This document shows positions 37,598 through 48,735 of a stretch of 64,000 bases of DNA, piece after piece. The notes under the pieces were generated by a model. The model was not told the origin of the DNA and ran no database searches. It worked only from the letters and a program-made list of their open reading frames with translations. The translations under genes and the position numbers were made by a program. The stretch is from Leucoraja erinacea (lineage: Eukaryota): positions 21,328,001-21,392,000 of the forward strand of contig NC_073386.1 of assembly GCF_028641065.1 (NCBI RefSeq). The letters run 5' to 3'. Positions within the stretch are counted from its first letter, which is position 1; the number at the start of each line of letters is the position of its first letter.

Positions 37598-38610
37598 CTG
37601 TAAACCCTCTTTGTAACAGGCCATGGGCGGGGAATAGTGTCCATTATTGCCGGTAGTTTGCTATAACTAAGGGATTCGCACCAATTACCTAGTACAACGA
37701 GTAGTTTTCAAAAAGAAAGTTATTTTTAACAACACAAAATGTACTGCTAAAAATACTAAAGGTTGTTTGTTACTTTGTTTAATAGTTAAGTGCGGATCGA
37801 AGGGATTGCCTGTAAATTTCAATAGCCTCCGCAGTGTAAAGAGGCTGTCCCACTGCGGCGACCTAATCTGCGAGTTCAGACGAGTTTGCCCTCGACTCAA
37901 ACTCGCATCATGGTCGCCACGAGGTCCTAGGAGGTCACTGGAACTCTCCTTCATGCTCGAGGGAACTTCCCGAATACTCGTGGCCTCAGCTAGGCCACGG
38001 AAAAATTTTCAGCATGTTGAAATTTTTTCCGCAAGTAAAATTAGGTCGGCATGGTTCTTTTTCTACTCGTAGTGCAGTGGAGTGCGGTCGCTATTTAGTT
38101 ACAGGCAGTTGAGGGCAGCCGTAGGCAATCTCCTTCACTGACCGGGCATTTTGATTGGCACATTGGAATTTTCAGGACCAGGGAAAACCGATCGGCAGGT
38201 AAAATGCCCGCTAAACTTTATTATACTCTTTAAAAGTGTCTCCACTCCTTTACCCCCCCCCCCCTTCTCTCCCCCTCTCTCTACCCCCCGCTCCACGCCA
38301 CGCTCTAAAGGACTTACCGTACTGTGGCAGTCATTCCTCCTCATTGCAGGTGTGTATATCAGACAGCGCTCCCCCTCTTTCCCTGGCCCCGGCCTTTGTG
38401 ATGGGGTCGGTCGATCCAGCTCGCGGTTTCAATGCGGACGGTCGATCCAGCTCGAAGTTTTCCAGGCGAGTGCCCTCTGGCTTGAAAGTCGAAGGCACTC
38501 TTCTTAACTCGCGGATTAGGTCATCGCAGTGGGACAGTTCTTTAACTAGCAGCCCGTGGTGTTAATGGGACAGTCCCCAGTAACAAAAATCCATTATAAA
38601 GAGGTTACTG
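37598..38610. mobile_element. Tigger/pogo-like MITE hosting a nested Harbinger-type MITE
   Basis: TA|CTGTAAACCCTCTTT ... AAAGAGGTTACTG|TA, with the same termini as 10640-11626. Confidence 0.6.
37840..38542. mobile_element. PIF/Harbinger-type MITE
   Basis: TIRs GGCTGTCCCACTGCGGCGACCTAATCTGCGAGTT / AACTCGCGGATTAGGTCATCGCAGTGGGACAG, TAA flanks. Confidence 0.75.
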
Positions 38611-40020
38611 TATTGTTATGGTTAAGATTTTTTTTTTGGAGCTTCATATTCCTTGTATGCTTTGTAGGAAGGCTTTGTAGAGTTGAGAGGCACAAAGGAA
38701 ACAAAGAACATTTATTACACATACACCAATTGGTGTAGTGAAATTTGACTTGCCATTGCAGCACGCAAATAAAGATAAAACACAACATTAAAGAATTTAA
38801 CAATAAACATAAAAACATCCCCCCACAATGATTCCCACTGTGAGGGAAGGCACAAAGTCCAGTCCCCATCCCCTAGTCCACCCATAGTAACTCGCTTGTC
38901 AGAGAATGCCCAGTCTTTAATCTACAGTTGTACCACTGAAATTATGTGGCTGCTCCAGTTTTGGTCAATGGAGAGCCGCAGGATCTTGATAATGAATATA
39001 GTAATAGGAAACCATAAAATGAAAAGAGGTGTTCAGATTCTGTACTATTGAAGATGGACATTTTCTGACATTTGTGTTTCTGACTGCTAGCCACTTATCG
39101 CAAGCCTGAATGTTGTCTGGGTCTTACTGCATGTGGAAATGACTTATTATTTGAGAAGTAATCTAACTACACTATATGTTTATCATGCATACCCATGTTT
39201 GACCTTGTGATTGAGGAAAGCTCGCTGAAGATGGTTGGACCTTGAACATATCCCTAAAAAATTCCTATAGTATTGTTCTGGTGCTGAGATGGTTGGCCTT
39301 CAATAACTACAACTATTTTCATTTGTGCTACATATCACTCCAGCCAATTGAGTTTTTTGTTCCCAGTGAATCGAATTACTTAAGTGTAACGAGTCTGCCC
39401 TGGTATCAAAATTGTTCAAATTTGTCCCATTGTCACATTCACCCCAATGGTGGAATTCTGCTTTTTTATCTTGTACAAAGACTATATTAAGTTCTGGTGA
39501 CAAAGGTCCTGGTGGAACCAAACCAAACATTGCTGAGCATCGCGTAAATCTCCCTTGCAGGTATTAAGGCGCAAGATGAGTTATCTTTGTTGTGTCCCCT
39601 AACCAGATGACAAGATCATATGTCCATATGAATCTGTCCTTCTTCATTGTTGGATTAGCTTTGGCAGTTATCCCAATCTATCTCAGAAACATTTAAGGAT
39701 TGACCATATTGCTCTGCATCTGAAATCACAAAAGATTTGAGCAGATAGAAATGCCAAAGGATTCTTATGGCATTCCATTAGTTACATGATTACTGTTTTT
39801 GATTCCAGCTTTGATTTTTTTCAGATTTATTTACAGGATAATCTAACTTCTGTGAATAAGAGATTGTGGAGTAGAATTTTGCTCAAAACTTTTGATTATA
39901 ATTTTGAATTAAGAGACATAAATATTGACAGATAAAATGTAATATTTTATACATCATATACATTTATATACTAATTAGTTGAAAAAGATGCAATCATTTA
40001 ATGTTTTTCATTTTTGACAG

Positions 40021-40082
40021 ATCAACCAAAATTTCAGAATTGCATGTTTAACGAGCAACCAATTGGTACATCAGAGAAAGAG
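40021..40082 (+). CDS. zte38: HORMAD1-like coding exon 11 (62 nt)
   Basis: tttttgacag|(D)QPKFQNCMFNEQPIGTSEKE|gtattg; phase 1->0. Confidence 0.7.
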
Positions 40083-41109
40083 GTATTGATACTTTTGACA
40101 AAACAAGTATTTCATATTTAGGCTATTTACAAAATAATGTGTACAGTGATCACATGTTAGATTCATTGAAGTATTTGTACTAGATATCAAAGTGTCATTC
40201 CAATTATTGGAGTCTACATCTAGATTATTCGCACAAAAGTAATTATATTTTCCAGTCATGGTAAATGTTACTTTGTCAAGCAATACAATCATAGGACATA
40301 TGGTTACTGTATTAGTTTGCACGGAAAGTCACATTTTAATATAATTTACTGCTTGTAGTATGTTTAAGCTCATCTAAATAATTAAAAATCCTTAAATTGG
40401 TGGTTATCTACATGGTCATTAGTACATTTTATCTGTGACCTGATGATCAAAATTACCTCTAATTTGTATTAGGATTAAAAAGTCCAATTTTGTATATAGA
40501 GCAATTTCATTCTTGGCACATCAGTATTTTGCAAAATTATGATATGGTTGCATTTCATTTGTACCACCATACTTAAATCTTTGTCATTTTCTTGGATTTT
40601 GCTATGATAATATTAATTGCAGAATAAATCTGACAACCAATATGTTATGCAGTTTAATAACACAGACTTGTAGTACTATGCCCACTCCCACACACAGTTT
40701 TGGTTCATACAGGCACATTTTATGTCACATTATCAGTCTGGTTGTGTGATGAGAAAAGGTACAAGAAGGTTTTGGACAGTGTTGCTAATAAATTGTTAAT
40801 ATTTCCTGAGTGAACTGCATTCATTTGGGTGTGTTGATTTACATTTTTTTCTAAGGCTATCGGATACCTTTAGTATTATCTACTTCATTATAAATTGATT
40901 TTGCTTTATGCTCTTGGAATCCAGTTAATTATTTTTGAGATGGTGCTTCCTCCAATAAAGATAGTTGCAAAAAATTGAAGACAGCTTGGAGTTTTACAAT
41001 TATCTTGGCCATGTTCCTTCTTCCACCAAAAATAGATGATTCAGTCAGTTAGTTCATTTCAAGTCCAATTTCTGAGGGACCTTGTTGTGTTCAAATTGTT
41101 TGTAGTTCA

Positions 41110-41640
41110 AAGTGTTGCATATTGTGAAATCTAACCAGGGCAGGAGACCTACACAGCGAATGTCAGGGCTCTGAGGAGGTTTATAGAGTAGAGGAATCTA
41201 GGAGTGCACATACACAGGACACTGAAAATGGCGTCACAGGTAGATAGGGAAGTCAAAATTGGACTGCATCAGTCAGAGTATTGAGTATAGAAGATGGGAG
41301 GTCAGGTTACAGTTAGCACAAGACATTGGTGAGGCCACATTTAGAGTATTGTATTTAGTTTTGGGCACCCTATTATAGGAAAGATTTTGTTTAGCTGGAA
41401 AGGCTGCAAAGAAGATTTACAAGGATGTTGCCAGGACTCGAAGGCCCGAGCTATAAGGTGAGGTTGAGCAGGCTAGGACTTTATTCCTTGGAGTGCAGGA
41501 GGATGAGGGATGATCTTATAGAGGTGTATAAGAACATGAGGTATAGGTAGGGTAAATTCACAGATTATTTTACCCAGAATAGGGGAATTGAGAGCCAAAG
41601 GGCATGGGTTTAAGGTGAGGGGGGAAAGATTTAATAGGGA
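41110..41640 (+). mobile_element. CR1 LINE ORF2 fragment
   Basis: Decayed LVRPHLEYC...RRFTRMLPGL...DLIEVYK region. Confidence 0.8.
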
Positions 41641-41739
41641 GCTTTAAAATGATTACTGTAAGATGGCTAAAATATTAAAATTTCCTTTTTAAATTTTTTG
41701 ATTTATAATTTGTGTGCTTCTGGATGTATTTCAGTCTGA

Positions 41740-41944
41740 AGATAGACACAAAATGCTGGAGTAACAGGACAAGCAGCATCTTTGGAGAGAAAGAATGGGT
41801 GATGCTTCGGGTCTGTAGAAGACTCGATCTGAAACATCAGCCATTCCTTCTTTCCAGAGATGTTGCCTGCTGCGCTGAGTTACAGCAACATTTTGTGTCT
41901 AGGTTGTAAACCAGCATCTGCAGTTCCTTCCTACACATCCTAGA
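41740..41944. mobile_element. Palindromic mini Penelope-like element with 13-bp TSD
   Basis: AGACACAAAATGCTGGAGTAAC ... GTTACAGCAACATTTTGTGTCT arms; TATTTCAGTCTGA at 41727-41739 and 41945-41957. Confidence 0.8.
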
Positions 41945-42126
41945 TATTTCAGTCTGACAGGTTGAAGAACTGTTATGGTTTTATCAACTTGGATCACTCA
42001 CAGGAAGCCGGGGTAACTGCAAATGTGTTCAGTGAAATCCATTATTTCATGGCCAGGACACATATCAGAACCATTTTTATAATAATATCAATTTTGCAAT
42101 TGTCTTATAGATGTCTTCTCTTTTAG

Positions 42127-42198
42127 ATAAAGCAGTTGGTAGCAAAGGCAGCAGAGCTGAACGTATCTGGCAACAAGACAAAATTTGGAAAAGAGCAG
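42127..42198 (+). CDS. zte38: HORMAD1-like coding exon 12 (72 nt)
   Basis: ttttag|IKQLVAKAAELNVSGNKTKFGKEQ|gtcagt versus HORMAD1 VEQLVNKTSELDMSESKTRSGKVFQ. Confidence 0.85.
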
Positions 42199-42872
42199 GT
42201 CAGTCGTGAGTGCTATCTCAATTGATCTATTTCCCAGCATTGATATTTAGCACGTCACTACCAAGCATTGCGGGTCAATCTGAGGACCTAAAAGTATAAC
42301 ATCATCAGATCATCCATAGATAGATCTTCTGAAGTTGTTCCTGGTTCACCTAATGGAAATTTCTTGTTACAATTCTGTCTTTTCTGGCTCGTTTGAATCG
42401 GAATGCTTTATTTTTGGATGACATCTCTTCCATTCTCCTTGACAGGATTTATACGTGCCTGACAAGCCAGAACTTTAATAGTTAACTGCTTTTCCTACAC
42501 TGTAAAGATGTAAAATAAGTTTCCCATCTGTTAAGTTTTAAAGCAGTTTTTTTGGTGAGCAGTTACGCCTGTTGACATTCTTTTGCCGAGATGCAACAAA
42601 ACCTAAGACAAATACAGGGAAGTAGATGTGTGATTTCAGTTCTATCTGAGTGATAGACAGGTCAATTTTAACTTGCAGAACTGGAAGAAAAACTTGCTGA
42701 TTTTTAGAACGTTAGTTCTTTTTTAACTATAATTTGAAAAATAACTTTCTCCAGAAAAATTGGATGTACAATATTATGATTGCTTGATATAAAAATATTT
42801 TTGTTTGATTATTGTTATAGTGTTCAAATACTTGGTGTATGTTTCGCTAAAGTATTTGACTTTTGCTGTTAG

Positions 42873-42989
42873 GTACAAAGGTCTCATTGCCCGCAAAGTG
42901 GAGAAATGCATGAAGAACCACAAAAGTTGAGTACTACGCAAACCATTAAAGCAGTTCGACCTAAAAAGACGATCTCTCAACTTGACCCT
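42873..42989 (+). CDS. zte38: HORMAD1-like coding exon 13 (117 nt)
   Basis: gttag|VQRSHCPQSGEMHEEPQKLSTTQTIKAVRPKKTISQLDP|gtaagt; open frame, phase 0-0. Confidence 0.75.
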
Positions 42990-43656
42990 GTAAGTGATTT
43001 TTTTTTGTAATGAGCACTTTAGTTTATCTTTGTTTATGTGGTCGAATGCAATAGACCAGCAGTTGCTTGGAAATGCTGTTACTGCCTCACTAAACGAATG
43101 TCATAAAGTTTAGGACACGCAAGTTAATGCGAGCCAACGTCTTCTGCCAAAATACTGTTAACAATTTTTAATTTTGTTTGATAGCTTGAATGCGTCTGAT
43201 TATTAGAACATTACAAGCATTCATAGTCTTTGGCCAATTGATTCTGTTGAGACCTGGTGATACCAGTTGTGTACATTTCTTACTGCTGTTTCACAGACGT
43301 GTTTTTTTGCAATTTCACATGACAGTGGAAACAAGTTCTGGGATGCATTTTCTTGCCAATTCTAGATATAGTCATCTAGAATAATGCCATCAATCATAAT
43401 GAGCACACTATATGTACCAGCAGGTTGGCTGGCTGAATTATTTCCATTGAATGGGCACAGGTTAATTGCCTATCACCTCAACCTACCTTGTTATGCTGAG
43501 AAAAAACAATATCCATAGTGCAGCCTTTTTAATATTGGAACAGAGAAAGTGAATTATACCCATTTTACAGGAAAAAAAGATTTCTTGAAAAACTAAAGCA
43601 TGTAACATATTGTGGTTTTACAAAAAAAAACCATTGTGTTCTCTATTTCTTAACAG

Positions 43657-43716
43657 GCAGCTCCTAATACTGCGGTACTTCAAGAGAAGATCACGAAGAG
43701 AAGGAGAAAAAATTGA
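43657..43716 (+). CDS. zte38: HORMAD1-like terminal coding exon
   Basis: taacag|AAPNTAVLQEKITKRRRKN*; basic closure-motif-like end (see finding on the alternative stop at 43738). Confidence 0.8.
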   Translation, partial: AAPNTAVLQEKITKRRRKN

Positions 43717-43888
43717 AGATTATTCAGATCATATTTGACAACCTCATGACTAATAAGCTAATTGTTAAATTAGATTACTTTTAATATTGGATTGTTTACT
43801 CACACATATTAATACCATTATTTCAAATATTAGTCATTGTTATTAGATCAGAAAATGTATAAAATATATTTCTGGTAAACTACAACGA

Positions 43889-43894
43889 AATAAA
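43889..43894 (+). terminator. Polyadenylation signal of the HORMAD-like gene
   Basis: AATAAA ~170 nt after the stop codon. Confidence 0.55.
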
Positions 43895-44639
43895 ACATGG
43901 TCACGTGTGCTTTATCACATGAAATCAACTTTTTAAAGTCTGTTTTTCCGTAGTACACTTCTTAAGCTAGGTACATTTTCATACATGTAATGGAACAGAT
44001 TTAATGAAAATGGATAGCAGCCAACTTGGATCTAAAATTAGCTAGTAGCTTACGTAGGTTTTAATTGTAGTTTACTAGTAGTTTCAGTCTATCAAGATGT
44101 GGAGGGATAAACCTTTTCAAAAGTGTTATAAATAACATTTGAAAGTATATTTATTGTACAGCAACATGAGATTAATTTTCCTTTACAGATGTTAAGCAAA
44201 CATTCAAAGGGATTTTAATGTGAGCTTCAGATCCTCAATGTGCAAAGATGACAAGATCTTTCAACCAAGTTTCGACCACATTCCACAGCATGATGTCCTG
44301 GGCTTTGGAATGTACTATTCTGTAACATACACAGTTCCTTACATTGGCAGATCAGTAGGTATCAACCAAACTCCTGTCTCTCACCAAGCTGATAATGCGC
44401 CAGTAGCAATTGGTGCTTGTTTCAGTGTGTATACCTAGAAACAGTCTGTAGGGAACAGAGTCCTTTTGCACAAATGTCATGGACGTTTGAGAGATTCATT
44501 AAGGAATCTCTCACGATGTGAGAGATTCATTAAGGAAGCGTTCCCTTTCCCCTCTCTGAGCACAATTTGGAGAATGTGTAGATGATATTCTACCAGAATG
44601 CGTCTGCTGTCCAAGCAATTATCCACAACCTTTTCCTGA

Positions 44640-45186
44640 ATGACCCGCTAAGTCTGCCTAAACCTACCTAACCTCCCGGTTGCTAATCACTTTAACTCCC
44701 CCTCCCATTCCCACACTGACCTTTCTGTCCTGGGCCTTCTCCATTGTCAGAGTGAGGCCCAGCGCAAATTAGGAGGAACAGCACGTCATATTTTGCTTGG
44801 GCTGCTTACACCCCAGCAGTATGAACATTGACTTCCTTAATTTCAAGTAATCCTTGCTTTTCCTCTCTATCCATCTTTCCCCCTTCGCAGATCTCCGACC
44901 AGTCTGACTCTTCGACTATATTTTATCTCTGCTTTGTTGTTATCTCCTCCTAGCTAACAATGATCTATTCTACATTTTCCTTGATCTGCATTCCCTTTGT
45001 CCTATTTTCACACCCCACACACCCATATCTATGTACCTCCTCCTCCCTGACATTAGCCTGCAGAAGTGTCTCGACTCGAAACGTTACCCATTCCTTCACT
45101 CCAGGTATGCTGTCTGTCCCGCTAAGTTACTCCAGTATTTTGTGTGTATCTTTGGTTTAAACCACCATCTGCAGTTCCTTCCTACC
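44640..45186 (+). mobile_element. Penelope-like element 3' part (GIY-YIG C-terminus and pLTR)
   Basis: LPVANHFNSP.HSHTDLSVLGLLHCQSEAQRKL.EEQH.IF.LG.LHP..MNIDF. Confidence 0.85.
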
Positions 45187-45204
45187 CTTTCCTGAATGTT
45201 GGTG

Positions 45205-45860
45205 ATTCAAGGTTCTAGGTCAGTTTATTGTCACATGTACCAATTAAGGTACAGTGAAATTTGAGTTACCATACAGCCATACTAAGTGAAAAACAAGATA
45301 CACAACCACATAAAAGTTAACATAAACATCCATCACAGTAGATTCCTCAATGTGATGGAAGGCAATAAAGTTCAATCTTCTTCCTCTTCTCCCAGTCAGG
45401 GCAGCCAACGATCGAAGCTCCCATCGGGGTGATCGAAACTCCCACTTCGGGGCGGTTGAAACTCTCTCCGCAGCATGGAGCTGCCGAGTCGGCTTCTTAC
45501 CAGAGACTGCGGGCTTCACAATGTTAAAGTCCACAGGCCCTGCGGTTGGAGCTTCAACCCCCGGCAAAGGGATTGCAAGCTCCGCGATGTTAAAGTCCCG
45601 CAGACTCCTGCAGCTTGAAGCGCCCGTCGGCCTCCAGGAAAGGCCGCCAACTCCACAATGTTAGGCCGCAGCGGGGACGGAGATACGATATGGAAACAAA
45701 TTGCATCTCCGTCGAGGTAAGAGATTGAAAAAAGTTTCCCATTTCCCACATAAAACAAAATAAGGAACACTAAAACATACTTTTTAACACATACTAAAAA
45801 TAACAAAATGAAGAAAGGACAGACTATTGGTGAGACAGCTACTGCTGGAGGCGCCACCAG
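45205..45860 (-). mobile_element. GC-rich non-autonomous retroelement (hairpin family), copy 3
   Basis: Reverse complement of the 2476-3150 type; hairpin at 45329-45359. Confidence 0.75.
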
Positions 45861-46539
45861 GTGTATCCCTGCTAAGAAAACAACTTAGCAATCATCCTGC
45901 TTGGTATGGGAAAGGGTGTGAATGACTGCCCCCAAAATATACTTGACTACATTGGCAGCAATCTTTTTTTGCAAACCAGCACCTGTAGTTGCTTGTTTTA
46001 ATGTTTCAACAGTTAAACACATTGGTACCTCATTTAACACTCAAGATGTATTCCCAGTGAAGACACCAGTGAAATTAGCATAAAAGGTCATTATAGATTG
46101 ATGATGCATTGCTGACAATACTGTAATGCTGGGAACTGAGTGCAAGGAACCCTTGTCCTCTGCTGACACTCCCAGAGCAAGTTGCCCGCAAGGAGGTGTT
46201 GGATGAATAAGAAACAGTGACAAGTGTAGGCCATTGTTCAGGACTGGCAGGGCCAACACCACCTACCTTGTGTGTTGACAAATTGCTTGGATCCAACAGT
46301 CTCTCCAATCAACAGTTGAAAATGAAGGAAGCTGCACATTGGTACCTCAGGGATTTCTCTACAGTACATTTGAACTCAAGATATTCCCAGTGAAGACACC
46401 AGTGAAATTTTATCCGGTGTTCCAGAAACAAAAGCTCCGAAAAGGTCATTTTTTCCAGATTGATGCGCACCAAAGCTCGCATTGCTGACCCAAAATACCC
46501 ACGGTCAACCCAGGTCTGTACTACTGTAGCGGCTGCCTC

Positions 46540-47065
46540 CTCCCTGGAAAACATCTGTAAATCTGGTTAGTCAAGTTTGGAGGGCATGTGAAGGAAGGGG
46601 GTAAACTTTAATTCTTAGTCCCCTGCTGGTCGGACACTCAATGCCTTAGAGCAAGTGCAGTAAGTTCCCACAAGGAGGTGTTGGATGAAGCTAAGAAACA
46701 GTGGCTGACAAGCGTAGGCCATTGTTCAGGACTGGCAGGGGCCAACACCACCTACCGGGTGTGTGCGGCACAAAGCGCTGTGGCCGCCAACAGTCGCTCC
46801 AATCCGCGCAGCCAGGGGTCCTGTTCGAAAATGAAGGAACGGAGCCCCAGCTGCGAGGTTGGGAGTCGCCGACCAGGTTTAAGGGACTAAGAATTAAAGT
46901 TTCCAACCCCTAATTAAAATCCCTCCAAACTAACTCATTTATGCATTTCTCCCGGTCTACAGGAGGCAGCTCCATGGAAAGCAAGCGTGAACTTAATCTA
47001 CGCTAAAAATTTCCATTCTGATATTTGTCCGAAATCCGACTTTTTCTGGTCCCAAGGTTTCGGAT
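46540..47065. mobile_element. MITE fragment related to 6237-7950
   Basis: CTACGCTAAAAATTTCCATTC...CTGGTCCCAAGG..TCGGAT matches 7857-7935; internal IR at 46570-46625 / 46880-46935. Confidence 0.55.
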
Positions 47066-47254
47066 TATTATGTATATATTTTATAATATTTTTTAAAATT
47101 AAGATCATTTATTGTTTAGTACAACTTTGTAATTTTTAGGTATCTTGGACGGTCTCAGCTTTTGTAGGCAATTAAGATATAACTTAAAAAAATCCTGCAG
47201 CCACTCACATCCTTGTCTGGATGCTTCACCCAGCAAGATCAAACCCCCATGATC

Positions 47255-48020
47255 AAACATTGATTGTTAGGTGAGCTCCCCTTCCCCTCCCCCCACTCAC
47301 CTTCAACAACACCACAGTCAGATCTGTGGAGTCATTTAAGTTCCTTGGAACCATCATCTCCAAGGACCTTAAATGGGAGGCCACCATCGACTCCAGTCAA
47401 AAAGGCCCAACAGAGGATGTACTTCCTGCGACAGCTGATCAAACACAATCCGCGACACGCCCTCCCCCTTCCCAGTTCTCCCACCTGTCTTAATTAACTT
47501 CAAATAGCCCTTGCTTTCCCTCTCTCTCCTTCCCCTTCCCAGTTCTCCCACCAGTCTTACTGTCTTCGACTACATTCTATCTGTCCTGCCCACTCGCCTG
47601 ACATCAGTCTGAAGAAGGGTCTCGACCCGAAACGTCACCCATTCCTTCTCTCAGGAGATGCTGCCTAACCTGCTAAGTTACTCCAGCATTTTGTGTCTAC
47701 CTGCCACAGGCAATTATGGTCATCTCCGACCCCTCTCACCCTGGCCACAAACTCTTTAAAGTACCTCCGGACTGTCAAAGCCGCCACAGCCAGACATAAA
47801 AACAGCTTTTTTCCATGAGTAGTAGCTCCATTCAACAGCCAAAAGTCTGTAGCCTCCTTTTGCTCGGGTATTTTATTTTATTCTTCACATGTTTAAATTA
47901 TAATGTTTTATTTTTAATTGTCTACTGTATATCATGCTGTTATCCTTGTGTGCAAAGTACCAAGGCAAATTCCTTGTATGTATACATACTTAGCTAATAA
48001 AATGTATTCAATTCAATTCA
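47255..48020 (+). mobile_element. Rex1/Babar LINE 3' fragment interrupted by a Penelope pLTR (~47458-47700)
   Basis: VESFKFLGTIISKDLKWEATID / VKKAQQRMYFLRQL; tail AATAAAATGT(ATTCA)n. Confidence 0.8.
47605..47640 (+). ncRNA. Minimal hammerhead ribozyme motif (intact core, GUC)
   Basis: agU-CUGAAGA-A-GGGU(CUCG)ACCC-GAAAC-GUC^-ACc; predicted cut after 47636. Confidence 0.65.
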
Positions 48021-48464
48021 CATTCAGATCTGGTAATTGTACGCTTAAGGGGACCATGGGTAACAATTCTGGGCAGATGCATCAGGCTACCAAGATCTGG
48101 CCCAGTGATTCTCATGCAGTGGTCCCAAGGTCAGCCTATCCTGGATTAATGGATTGCAGCAAAGGCAGGCTTAAGGGGGAAAAATATCCTCTGTTTTTCC
48201 TAACTTTGGGGAAAATACATCCCTTGACTGTTTGAACTTAGATAGTGTCCTAACAACTGATGCACACAGATTAATTCAGGCTTTACTTGAAGAAGAGGCA
48301 TGGGAAGCTGCCATGGTAATTAAGGTAAATAATTATGCTGTAAACTATTTTGCCTAAATACCAGACCACAAAACACTCATATTTTAATAATAAGGAATCA
48401 GGTTTATTGAGATATACACTCACATCATAATTTCTGTGCTGCTGTGCAGCGTGAAACAAAGTTA

Positions 48465-48735
48465 GTCATACAGCTTGCAATAGGCCTTTCAGCCCAATTT
48501 GCCCATACCGGCCAACATGTCCCATCTACATTAGTCCCACCTGCCTGCATTTGCCCCATATGCCTCTAAACCTCTCCTACCCACGTACCTGTCCAAATGT
48601 CTTTTAAACATTGTGATTGAACCCGCCTTGTGTACCTCATCCAGCAGCTCGATTTATACACCCACCACCACCCTTTGCGTGAAAAAATTACCCCTCAGGT
48701 TCCTATTAATTCTTTCCCCCCCGCACCTTAAACCT
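48465..48735 (-). mobile_element. CR1/SINE 3' fragment
   Basis: GGCCTTTCAGCCCAA...CCCATCTACATTAGTCCCACCTGCCTGCATTTG...CACCTTAAACC. Confidence 0.7.

Noticed and set aside
42111-42126. Upstream acceptor (tatag|ATG) for the 42127 exon
   Set aside because: It gives a frame with no HORMAD similarity and breaks downstream phase; the 42126 acceptor yields a HORMAD1-like peptide.
46309-46554. 81-aa minus-strand ORF as part of the cryptic gene
   Set aside because: It overlaps locally duplicated, MITE-associated sequence and has no convincing splice sites in phase.
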